From a virus (taxonomy: Duplodnaviria; Caudoviricetes), in IMG/VR virus record IMGVR_UViG_3300033463_000049, positions 38,217 to 102,216 of that record: DNA of 64,000 nucleotides. One strand, written 5' to 3'. A program made the translations under genes and the position numbers. Each line of letters starts with the position of its first letter. The stretch's first letter is position 1. The notes beneath the pieces are model-generated. The model made no database searches. It was not told the DNA's origin and saw only the letters and a list, made by a program, of their open reading frames with translations. Below, one piece after another: positions 25,901-39,100 of the stretch.

Positions 25901-28900
25901 TTCCTTGAATGTTTGCGTCAAGTGTTCAAAAACGACGATACGCTGACAGAGTACAAAATTGCCGGCATTGATGACCTCACGTTTAAAAAGTCTGATCTAT
26001 TTAAAGACGACTTATCTTATAAAGAGGTATCTTTGGCAGCATGGATGTTTGCTACCGGAAAACTGTTAACTTCCGTGGGAGATACTATTTTCGACTCTCC
26101 GTTTGTATATGCAGACGGCGCAGTGTCAGCAGATCCTGCTGGAAATGTATTAAAGGAAATAGAGCAAGGTGCAGAATAGCGTGATTCGAAAGAATTGGAA
26201 GTAAATAAACTTGAACGTCTGCAAGGTCGTTTCAACGAGTTTAATGCAAAGCGCATAGGAAATTTATTGTACGTCCAAGACAAAGAAACTAGAGAACGCC
26301 TTACGGAAGGAAAGAAGATAAGAGATTTTGCACTGTTTGACATAGATGCAAAAATTGAAGATTCTGACGAGTAGGTTACTAATAAATTAAAAGAATCAGT
26401 TAAATCATATACTGATTTTCTAAAGTCGGAGTACGGTCTTGATATAGAAGACAAAAATATTATCTATCCAGATGAAAGCGAATATTCGGCTGTAAAAAAC
26501 AGACAAGCATTATTTACTGCAGTTTTAAATAGAAAAAACAAAGTAATTGTTTCTGTGGACAGCGTCGATACTGTAGAACAAATGTCTCAAAACGACGGAA
26601 TTCCTGTATCTGGAGTATTCTCGATAGTAAAGCAAGATGGAACACTCGACGTGGATTCTGCTAAGAAGTGGATAAAAGACACGCTCGGATTGGATAATTC
26701 TCAATTCATTGTTACAAATGGTGTATTAAGAGCAATGGATGGTAGAATTGTTTATGGCGTAACGAGTGTTGCTGTAGATACACTTAATGATTTAGTAAAG
26801 GGTGTAATAATGTTGCAAAAAAATAGCGGAAGAGGTCTTCATTATCATGAAGCTTTCCACTATGTAAATTTACTTTTGCACACGAAAGAAGAAAGAGACG
26901 CCATTTACAACGAATACATGGATTTGCACCCGGAAACAAGAGGGTATAAAAACAAAGTGTTGGAAGAACTTCTTGCCGACGAATTTATGCAATACTGTGC
27001 CGACATTGACGCATGGAATGAAAAACAAAAAGGCCGAAATAAGATTAGTAGATTTATACACAAGATAATAAAAGACGTTTTAGATTTTATTAAAGCTTGG
27101 GGTAAGCAAGATCTAATTAAAAAGCTGTATAAAAGTATACATTCCGGTGGTTATAAAGGCAGGTTGATGGATCAATATTCGGTCAACGAGTTTAGAAAAG
27201 CTTATCCGTCCGGCGCAAATGGCGGTATGTATATACCCGGATAGAAAGTAGATGTAAAATTTAATAGTATATAGGACGCAAGAACGTTCTTCAATGTGGC
27301 AGAAAACGTTGCACACGCATTTTTGGATTTTGCAAACATAAAGAAAGTCAGCGATGTATCCGGAATAAGTGCATCTACGTTTGATAAATTCTTAAAGAAA
27401 CTGGAACGAGATAACGAAAGAACGGATAATCCGTATATTCAAGATGTAATTGATAATTACGATGCTTTTATAGATACTATAAACAGTTTGCTAAGGAGAT
27501 ATGGAGTTGTTCCTAAAAACAAAACCGCACACGGAAAGAAACAAATAGCTGACGACGATGCAAATGAACGCAGACAGCCAACAGGAGAAATTGCACAACT
27601 TTCTGCGTTGTATGACAATTATACTGTAAGCAAAAAGGACAACGTTGCATTTAGAGCAAAACTCTTTTTGTGTCAAGTAAAGGAATCTCATTTTGTTTAC
27701 GACGAAAATCAAAAACAAAACGTACTAAAACTTACAACAGATCCTGTAACAGGCTTGTAGAAGTATGTTTCTTATGACGACTGCTGGTAGATATTGACAA
27801 AGGAGTTAAACGGAGTCGATAGTTATGACGAACTTCTTAAAACTGTAAAACGTTTGTCAAAAACAAAAGCATTTTTTGCAGAAGTTTACAAAAATCTACA
27901 GTCGATTTCCGGAGATATCGAGCTGGAGACGCAGATATTTAATACTGTAAACAAGCATTTGACAAAAGTCGCACAGGCTCAACTTTAGGATAAGAAAAAA
28001 TTCGCAAAGAAGTCATACTATAGCGATGGAACAGAGGCGACCGAGGATTATACTCCAGCAACTTCAATACAGAAGACGTGGGATCAGAATAAATCTTTTG
28101 AAATAATTAATGACAATACACTTAAGGCTAAGAAAATGTTGCCAAGAGATTGGTCAAAAGATTTATTTGCCTCTCCGCTCATAACGTTTAGTAACGGAGA
28201 ATATCGAATAAACAGAACATATGCAAAACAACTGCAAGACGAATTAAAAGAATTGAAGTCTGTCATGAGAATGTAGGATTCTTTGACTCCTGTAGAAAAA
28301 GATCAAATTTCTCAAAAGGCTTTCCCAATGCTGTTGTCCCTGATATAGAAAATGTCAATACCTTTCGACGAGGCAGTGTTGACCGAGTACATACAAATGC
28401 ACATCGACAAACAAACTCAGGGTTCAGAAACAACTAATAGATTTAAGAGTAAATACAAGAATCTAAACGGCGGAAAAAAAGCCAACGACCAAGACACAAT
28501 CTCTTCAGAAAGTTTTTATGACGCAATGAAGTAGGTTTTATCAGATCCTGCTGCATCGAAAACAAATTCTGCAAATATATCGTTCTATATAGATACAATG
28601 TTCAATTCGAGGTCTGGCAGTATTGTAAAAATCGGCAAGAAGAAAATGATGGCAGTTGGCGTCGAAGGACACCGATCTAAGCACAATCTTGACGAATTAT
28701 ACGAAGGATCTGCTGGTGAAATTGAAATGATGGCTGTCGCATACAACAATATATATCCCTCTTCTAGAGAATTGTCTATAACTGGACCGGGTGGTAATTT
28801 AATATTCCCAGTTGGCGAAAACAATTTTATGTCCGATATTACTAGATGGATTAATAAAAACCACGACAACATTATTGAAAAACTGCAGAATACTCCGTAT

Positions 28901-31900
28901 GCAAGGAATTCGAATGTACTAGAGATTGCTAGAATATTGACTCAAAGCGGAAGACTTGGAAAGTCGTTTGAATTCAAATTAAACGTTTTTGTTGGATTGG
29001 AAGACGAGAAGTCTAAGAAGGGTGTAGATTATTTTGGAGTCAATTCGCTCGAAGACGTTGTTGCCAAACTGATGATGATGAATAGGTCTATTGCAGGAGG
29101 AAAGAATAAAGGATCTGATATGATTATTCTTCCGACGATGGCAGATAAAAAGACTTATTACGCGCTAGAGTTAGTAAGTAAGACTGGTGAAGATTATGAC
29201 ACGTTCAACATGCCACACGACCTTCTTATAAGTGAGCCGTCAGAAGAAAATGAAGGTGAATTCTTTGGTCATCCTAATTTGAATGGTGTTCGAAGATTTT
29301 CTAATGCGACTCTTGATAGATTTGCTGCATATTTTGAAGACGAATTGAACAGTCTTGAACAATATTATTCAAAAGAAAATATAAAGGCTGTAGTAAACAA
29401 TCGACAAATAAGAAAAGCTAATTTCCACGGAAAAGTAAAGAACGGAAAAATGGACTTCTCTGGAAACGGCGGACATTTTAGATACTTTTATGGACTAGAA
29501 TATCCTGTCGAATACGGAGAAACGGTAGGGGACTTAAACTTAAATCAAGTTCTTGAATGGGAATACATGCGCGAACAACAAGCCGGTGATCCACTTTTAG
29601 GTGACGGCGATTGGCGATATAGAACTGATTTTGACGAGTTAGACGGATTTGAGGGAGTAAGAAGACGACTAAAATAGATCCGACAGTATTTCTCCAATAA
29701 AGATGTATTGCGACACGCGATAAATAAAATGTTGTTTGCTAGAATCGACGAACAGATGGACGCTTTTTCAAGACCGGGAGAAAATCAGTTAATAAAACTT
29801 CTGTCTTACGAAGACGTGTTTAACAATCCCGGAGTAGTTGAAACTCATTATGCAAATAGAGCGATTCCAACTTAGTTGATAGACGCATATGTTCAGAAAT
29901 TCAAAGCCGTCGGAATTGACAAAACAAAAGACGGAAGTGATATAAACGCCTCCGACGCATATCATAATTCTGCTTTGGCTGAAAACCTCGTTTTATCTGT
30001 CGTAGGCAACTTTGTAGCCCAGTCTATGATTTCTGTAATAGAAATTGAAAAAATATTTAGCGGAGATCCGGCGTTTTATAAGTGGAAGTATTCGAGAAAG
30101 AAAGAGCGTAAAATAATTGGCGATAGGGCTTATGATTTTGAAGTACTCCTTGAAAAGGATACTGATAAAATCAAGCGTCTTGGTGCGTTATTGTCTCCCG
30201 GTTCCGAGTTAAGAACCGACTTCTCTACCGAGGATTATCAAAAATTTCCGTGGCTCAAAGGTACAAAATATGTAAACGCTACTGTACGTGATGTAAAAGC
30301 AAAGTCTATATTCTTAGATGAAACTAGGGATTTGTTCACAAGACAGATGGTAGCTGACGTCTTGAGAAATAGTAAAAATAATGCGGATCTTGATTACTCT
30401 GGTGTAAAAGGAGAAAATATATCTTCTAAAGGTTCTGAATTTGCAAAACTTCTTACAAATTATGGCAATGAAGTAGAAGTAGAGTTCAGAGGTAAAAAGT
30501 TTAGAAATGCTGAACATGCTTACCAAACTTGGAAATCTGGAGAATTTGATGAAGTTGCGTATAATAGTAATGCAAAAAAGCCAAGAGGATCTAAAAGTGC
30601 AAATACTACTCAAGTAAACGGTCAGAGTACTAATTATTGGATAATGGAGGAAATATTAACTGAAAAGTTAAAACAGCATCCAGAATTAGTAAAAGGTATA
30701 ATTGAAAGAGGCGGAGACGCTTATCTTTTTAATTCTACACATAATGTCGTCGGAGACAGATTTTGGGAATCTTCCGGTCAAAATAAGTTTATGTAGGCTT
30801 TACGTAAAGCGTACAATATAGTAAATTTAGCTGACAATGTTAATTAGAAAGAAAGAAACGAAATTAGAGACGAACAGTTAAATCAACGTATAAATAAAAT
30901 ATATACAGACGAGGCTGCGTTTAAAGAAGAATTCAATAATCTTTCCGATGCACAAAAGAATTCCATAACAAAAGCTGTTGCTCAACAAATAAAACCATAC
31001 TCCGATATAACAGTATCTGATGCTCAGGTGTTGATAAGACCTCATTTATATCGTAAGATTAGAATGATGCTTGGGTAGTGGTCTGTAACACCTATAAAAA
31101 TCACATATAAAGATTATAAAGGCGTTATTCACGAGACAACTTATAGCGACGACGAGGCTTATCGTATAATAGAGAACGATCCAAACTGGATGATCGATCC
31201 AGAAAAGGCCGCAAAAGTATCTAGACTGTAGCTCTTCCCTCTAAAGATGACGTATTTTAAAAACGATCCAAGGGAGCTTAATCCAGGAAACAATATTGCC
31301 TACGGTTTGTATAATAAGATGGCTATATTCCCAGCTTTTAAATTCTTATTTAGAAGTAAGACTGGACGTCAGATATATGATCGCATGAATAGGTATGAGG
31401 ATCCATTAGACATGCTGACATTTGAATCCGCAGTCAAGGTGGGATTGAATCAAGATATATATTCTCCGTATAACAGTAAAACAGAATCTCTGGATAACTT
31501 CAACGAAGGTTTGAATGAAGAGTCCGGATGTGTTTTGGATGATTCCGACAACGAATCTTGGATAAAGACTGGTGAAGGACTTACTGTAGAAGTTCAGGAT
31601 TTAAAAGGTTTGAGAATGCAGTTGAACACCGAGGCGCATACTGACGAAGAGCGTGCGATAGGTACTCAGATGTTTAAAATCCTATTTGGAAATATATACG
31701 ACGACGAAGATTATGTTATCGATAAAGAAGGAAGACCTTCTAGAAAAGGTAAAGAGATTCGTGACGACATAATGAAGTGCATTAAGAGTCTTACGGCACT
31801 TGGTGCAAACCACATCAAAAAAATGTTCTACAACGAAGATGGTAGAACAATAAATAAAGATGCTGTATCAAGTTATCTCAACACCGTAATCGAAAATAAC

Positions 31901-34900
31901 AATCTGAGCAATACCGTTACTGAAATTCTATCACAAGGCGGCACTATTGAATCTCTGATGTAGAGAACTTTGTTTGAACACAGTGTATCTTCGTTAGTAA
32001 ATAGTCATGTAATAGATATAGAAACTAAAGGTGGTAGTGCAGTTCAGCAATCTGTATTTGGTTTTGTAAGTTACGGAGCAAAGAATGTAAGATCTGAAGA
32101 AACCTACGACGAAGAGGGGTATCGTGAATTAAACAATGGCAGAGAATTATCTTGGAATGAAAAAGACGGATCTATGGAAGTGATGCTTTCTATGAACTTC
32201 TTTAAATCTGTTGTTCCAAAAAGTTATCAACGTTCTTATGATGAAATGAGACAATGGTTGATTGATCACGATATCATAAAGGGATGGAAGAGAGCTAAAA
32301 ACCCTATATTACAAAGATTGAATTTGCTTATAGATAGTCCTGAATATACTTCTGGTCCTGAATTGTCAGTAACTACAGAAGCTGTCTTTGATGAATTACA
32401 TATAAAGAAATTTAAAGATATAATTTTAAACAAAGACAAAATTCAGAAACGATTGTTGGCATTGGGAGGAAAAAGTCTGATCGATGAAGTTAAAAACCTC
32501 TTAAATGCAAATGAACTGCAGTGGGATATGGAGATTCCGACAAACAAGTATGTATATACAGAGGAATCTAAACCGAAACCGTTTGGTGTAGGTTATCGTA
32601 TTCCTACGCAGGGCCTTTCTTCTACTTTTGCATTTACTGTCGCAGACGTTCTTCCAGAATGGGTTGGAGATACTATTATTGTTCCGAGAGAGTTTACTGC
32701 GCAGACCGGTTCTGACTTCGACGTTGATAAATTGTTCTTAGCGACGTTGTCCTACAAGAATGGCGAATTGGAGTAGATGGACGGTAACGATTTTTCGAAC
32801 GCGTCAAAGGGAGCCGTTGCAAACAGACTTCTTAAAAACTACATAGATGTAGTAACGGACATTAAAAACCGAGCAAACGCTAGAGCTTCTATTGACGTCG
32901 TTACAGACATTATTCAGGATAGTACTCTTCCGGCCATTAGAGGCAAGTCTGATAAATACGCCGCTTCCATGTACGAATTGACTCCTTATTTCCAATTAAG
33001 AAGAAAGTAGGAATTTTCTATTGGTAAGAACGGTATTGGACCATTTGCCCTTAACATTACAAATCTTGCACTTACACAGTATGCTCACGTAAGTATCGAT
33101 TTTTCTAAACTTCCGTTTAAACTTGGAGCATTGGATAAGGTTGTTGGAGAAGATGGAATCAGAATTTCCGACTGGCTTTCTGCTATGGTCAACGCCCATG
33201 TTGACGTTGCAAAGGACCCGTACGTGTTTGATTTGAATGTGAACCAAGCTACTTATAAATTTGTAAATCTTTTGTTGAGAGCTGGAAAGGGAGAAGCTAC
33301 GTTCTTGTTTTTGGCACAGCCTGCGATTAAATCGTATGCTTCTGCATGGAATAACTCGCAGGGTCTTTATGGAAATAATCTACAATACGACGATAAAAAA
33401 CCAGAAAGGTGGCAACTGATGAACAGTTATATACAGTCTTATGCCAACAAGGCGAAGGAAGTTATAGATGCGATTCAGGATGAAAAGCAGAGAGATCAGT
33501 ACACCGAAAAATTGAAAAATATAATTGAAGAAAAGGATGTTGATTGGAATTCTATATTTGACAAGTAGAAAGCAAAGCGAGCATTATCTGAACAAAATTC
33601 AGTATTTTCTTTATTATATCAAATTTTAGCTTTAAAAACGTTGGACAAACTCGATCCGTATGCACAAGAGCTTTCTGATTTGGTTAAAGTATCTCGCATC
33701 GACACCAAGAAGTTTGGTAATACTATAGCACTGCAACGTAATTTCATAAACGAATATATGAGATTTAAATACGGAAAGCGTGATGTTACGTGGTATAATA
33801 CCGACGGAAAAGAGATTGATGCAAGAGAAAGATATTTCCAGGAAACGTTCCTTGAGGATAAATTATTCACTGCTACAAACCTAACTAGAGATATTTTATC
33901 AACACAAAGTATAGTTTCTTCAAAGCTTTTTGGAGACATTATGACTACGATATTCTCTCAAACGTTTGGTGCAAGTGAAGAAATTAAAGACGGAAATGGA
34001 ACACCAATTCCGGTATACGATAAGGTTTATGACGAAAAAGTCGTTCAGGAAGTCTCAAATGCAGCAGAAAATGTTATAAGGCATAGATTGTTGTCATTCT
34101 ACTCCAAAGGAGTTAATAGAGAGTTATTCCGCAGAGCAGACGTCTTAGAGGAAAATCCAAAGACTTGGAATGAGATAGAAAAAGATAATGATTATACCGG
34201 CCCTATTGATTTTACATTTGGAGGAGACGTCGAAGTAATGTAGAAAAACTTACATAGATTATGGTTCGGAGACAGTTCTTCAGAAGATTATTATGAATAG
34301 AATAGTATATTCTCAAATATAGCGTAGATTATAAGCATAATAGAAACTTCTGATCACGAATCTAGAATTACTAAATATAAAGATCTTGTAACAGAGTCCG
34401 GTAGAATTAAAAACGAGTTGTTGAACTATTTAAAACCGCAGCCTGCAAATAATAAATTCTCTATACCAAGAATGCTACTTAGAAAAACAAATCGCAATAC
34501 ATTCACAGACGAAAAGAATCGTTTAATATCTGCATTTCACGATTTGTTAACCAGTGACATAAAAGGAATAAGAAGAATGGCGCGCGATTTGGCAATATAC
34601 GCCTATTATTCTACGTATAATACAAACGCTCCGAACGCATTCTTCGACCTCGTTCCGATTGAGTATAGAAAATAGTACGACATGGCCATTGCGGAAGGCG
34701 TAAATCAACAAGAGGGAACTTCAATATTTGCAGTTTAGAATGATGACGAAATAGATTATTCTGTAGAATGTAGTCATATTTTAGATGCAATTTGTAGGAA
34801 TTTCTACACGAACGACAATATAGTTCCTTTATACGAACATGTAGATAAATATAATAGTAAACATGTCGGAGAAGGACCTGGTGAAATCATAAAGAATATT

Positions 34901-36175
34901 CAAAACAGTAAAATCCCAATGTTCTTACTTACAACTTAGCAGTATAAACCATTCTTAAAGATGAACGTAAATGGGGACATTGTTTTATACAGGAAAAAGT
35001 TGAGAATATTTGCAGAGACTGATTCTGGAAATCAATACGGAAAGGTTTGGAACCTCTATCTACCTATATCTAAACTCGGAGTACATAGCGGAACTACACA
35101 TCAATATGAAATGCATGCGTCATCCAGCGATACTTCCATGTTTGAAGACAATAAGATTCCGGAGAACTGGAGTAGAAATGCTGTGGGACAATTTGTAATG
35201 AATTTTATAAATGAATCACAGCAAAGAATAGACAACAAGTTGTCTAAGCGCAAACAGGTAAAGACTATTAAATATGTGAAAGTAAAATACGAATAGGTTA
35301 ACAGAGTAGAAATAGAAGAATCCGTTTCTAATGACGTTCATCTTAATGTTGACCGCGGATTTAATGGATACGACACCGTAGTTGTAGAAAACCCAGTTAA
35401 TTTTATAAAAGACAATTCTAATGAAGTGTTTGACTTGTCGAACGATTCTTTTAAAACTCAACTTGAGACATTAAAAGAAAACAATTAGTATTCTGCAGAA
35501 AAGGATGGTATTAACATAGGGTTTGTAGGTACTCCCAACTTAAAGATAACTAAAGAAGACGTGACGCAGTATGTATACGACGAAATCGAAAAATATACCG
35601 CTTCACACGAAGGTACGGATGAAGCTTCTCGCAAAGCATATGGAGAAAGTTTGTTGCAGGACGAAAAGTTAAATGACAAAGTTCTTTATAATAAGTATGT
35701 CAAGTATGCAAAAACCATATTTACGTGGGCTCAAATAAATTCTATAAATATAGACACAATGTATCTCGAAGATACTCCTGTCGGTCGTGCTTTCAACGAC
35801 GAATATAATAGAGTGTCTACTAGATATGATTTTGCAGAAAACACTACTTTGGTGTTAGCAGACAAACCCGTTTCAAAAGAAGTTGTTGAAAATTCGCCTG
35901 CCGTAGAAAATAATACTTCTGTAGAAAAACCTTCTGTTGTAGATAAAACATCAAATGTTGATGATATACAAAATAATGCAGTAGAAGGTGCACAGAGTAT
36001 TGATAAATACGTAGACAAAACTGACGATTATTTATATGACGAGCCTACTCCCGGTAAACCTGTTAGTGTTACTAAAGAAATGCTAGAACGTTTAAAATAG
36101 TTAAAAGCTTAGAATTCTGTAATAAATAGTGAATCTTAGAAAGGTTCTACAGAATCTTATAGCGATAAATGTTAA
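19934..36175 (+). CDS. Giant virion RNA polymerase polyprotein (code 15, ~5413 aa): ejection-protein-like N-terminus, zincin, two-barrel RNAP
   Basis: More than 20 track ORFs share one frame; the gaps I read contain only TAG. GYRIPTQG and QTGSDFDVDKL (DFDVD at 32714-32728), VDVAKDP, HEAFH zincin at ~26846. Confidence 0.9.
23853..24075 (+). repeat. PSDES(G) peptide repeats; 26-nt direct repeat with 36-nt period (23906, 23942)
   Basis: CCATCTGACGAAAGTGGGCCTCAGCC twice, plus two degenerate PSDES copies. Confidence 0.85.
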
Positions 36176-36180
36176 TAATT

Positions 36181-39100
36181 ATGTTTTGCCCAAATTATAG
36201 AATAAAAGATGTTTTTAATCGCTTCAACGAAATGATTGAAGCGTTGGGCGGAAAACCTATGACTGAGGAAGAATTCAGGTCCAGTGAGCTTAGAAATAAG
36301 CGTACTGGGCTTGATTACTCAGCAATGGAATCCGCGTATAAAGTATACCATAGAAATGGTGGTCATTTCCTTGATGAAACTCCACAGGGCAAACCATCAT
36401 TATTATTTAATACTCTGTTAGATCATTTTGGAAATAGAGCAGAAGCTATAGCAGCTAAATCTAATGTATATTCTGATGAATTCTTTAACTGGTTTGGAGA
36501 TTGGACTAGGCGGTATGGTATTGTTGACGATTCCGTAAAATATAATATAATAACCCCGGAAGGTGAAATAAATTGGGATTATTTTGAGTCTTTGTTAGAC
36601 AAATACCACAATAAGCAACCCGATTCAATGTTTGCTCACGGTAGGTATACGTTATCAACAAGACCAGAAAATCATTTTTCTGAAGAAAAAAATACACTAA
36701 ACCATATTAAGTTTGTAACTCAGTCGATGTTAAATTTGCTTGAGGGCAAATATGATATGGATCTTCCGTTTGTATCTGAAGCAAGAGCGTCTTTAAAGAA
36801 TCAAAAAGATCTAATGATACTTGCTGCAATGTTTCATGATGCAGCAAAACCGTATAGACACGGGGATATTCATGGATGGGAAAGTGCTGATATATTGCGT
36901 GATGTATTAGGTTTGAATTATGGCAACAGACTCGCAGAATGGGCGGTAAGACACCACATGCCTATGCCATTCTCACATAAAGCTGATTTTAATAAATCAA
37001 ATCCCGAAGCTTTAGAAGTAGCTAAAAATATCGCAAGAGATGCAAAACGAGTTGGCATTGATGCAAATACCGCGATAAATGCGTGGGTTTTAATAAACGC
37101 CGCCGATGTAATAAATGGAAGAGAATTGTCTGTAGAAGATAACTGGGCTAAAAAAGCTGCTGCAAACGGTCCTACTAGATACGGAGACGATTTATCTGTA
37201 AAAAACGTGCTGTCAATAGAACTCAAAGAAAAAGTAGAACTGCTTAAATGGGCATTTGACCAGATAAAAGACGAAGATTTCGGCGATACTGTTTATAATT
37301 ACAATAATCAAGAACGATTTGATTATCAAGCTTTTCCTGAAGGCGGTAGAGAAGATAAAAAACTTCCATATTTAAATAATGCGTCAAATGTTTCTAAAGT
37401 TGTAGATGAGAACGGAGAACCTTTGGTTGTGTGGCACGGATCGAAAGCTATATTTGATGTGTTTGACCCGTCTAAATCTGATTCTAGATAGTATTTATCA
37501 ACTACAGTAAGAGATGTGAATTTTTTCTCGTCAGACAAAACTGTTGCTAATTTTTTTGCTGTAACAGAAAAACAATCTATGGCTTCTGCAATAAGCAAAA
37601 GTATTTCTATTGTGTTAGACGCCTTTAGTGGAGAAGAAGTACCGGAAGAAGAAATAGACGACGCTATATGGACAGAAGCTGCAAGACGCACTGGTAAATC
37701 TAAAGAGCAATGTAAGAATTTTTGGGAAAACGAGGTTCCTAAAGAATATAAATTACACGACGAATTTGGATATTCGAGAATGAAAGATCCGGATGTAGAA
37801 AAATATAAATATCCCGTATATTTATCTATGAAATCGCCGACAATAATAAATGCAAACGGGTAGCGCGCAAACGAAGTATTAGAAAATAATAAACAAATTA
37901 TCGACTCAAACGATGAAATAATCATTAACAATATTAACGAGACTGTTGGAAAACAAGAAACTGCCACAGACTATCTAGTAAGAAACTCAAATCAAATAAA
38001 GCACGTCAAGAATCTCGGTACGTTTGACCCAAACAATCCTAATATATACCACATATCTGCAAAACCAAACACTCTTGCGTATAGGCTGAATTCTACCAGA
38101 CTTGAATCGTTTTTTGACAACGCGTCTTTAATATAGTTGCTAGACGGCAAAAGCGTGTCGATTTCTAATATTGTACCGCATCTTTTAAATACTGGCAGTT
38201 TTGCTAAATATAATCTACCGTTGGCAAAAGTAGCTCAAAAACACAACATTCCAGTAATGTTTGCATCGTTGCCGAAAGGTAAACCGATGGCCACTATAGA
38301 AACAGATGGAGTTGTATATATATAGATAGACCCTGAACAAATCACTCAGTATACTACAGAGACTGCATCTGAATACGTCTTGCATGAAGTTGTGCACGCC
38401 CTTTCTGTAAAAGCGCTTAGAAATCCAATTACAGAAGAAGAAAAAAATTTCTCTACCGCCACTATCAAATTGTACGACATACTTGACAAACTTATGCCGG
38501 AAACTGATTATAACCGCGCAAGTATGGATAGCGGTGGTTATATACTAGCCGATGTATACGAGTTTGCAGCAGTATTTGCTACAGACAAGGATGCAAAAAT
38601 GCTGGTGTATCAAAAGGCGCTGGACGAGGACAAAAAGGGGAACAATAAGGTCTTCTTGAGACTTAAATAGTTTATAAATAGCTTGTCTAGACTTTTGTGG
38701 AACAAGAATGTATTTAAAGGATTGAAATCGGATGAAGTAAAACTTTATCAGAAGAATCTCAATAACTTCCTTCTTACAAGAAGAGTACAAGAATATATAG
38801 ATCCTGCAGAATTGTTTAATAACGTATTAGAGTCTACGTATAACCCAGCTACGAATGATTAGCAGACAGCTACACTTAGAGAACGTCTCACCAAACGCCA
38901 AGAAAATGCAATAAGACATTATGTTGCAGCTACTGGAGAAATTACTGATGCTACAAAACACAAAAAACTCTGGGACACTAGAATAAAAGTGTCTGAAGCA
39001 CTGGAGAAACGTCTTGCGGCAATCAATTCTTCTACCTTAGACAATGACCTTAAAGTCAAAGCTAAACAAATAGTAGATACACAACTTAGTCAATTTAAGA

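Noticed and set aside
30400-37385. Inteins as explanation for the inserts in the RNAP and polyvalent protein
   Set aside because: No C/S...HN-C/S/T splice junctions or LAGLIDADG motifs seen; the inserts resemble NADAR, alpha-CTD and HD domains.
36181-37491. TAG-free HD region as evidence of recent import
   Set aside because: Only about 7 Gln codons, and an equally long TAG-free run occurs at 24797-26179.
37326-37967. 213-aa minus-strand ORF and similar antisense ORFs elsewhere
   Set aside because: Overlap well-supported genes on the opposite strand; no motifs.
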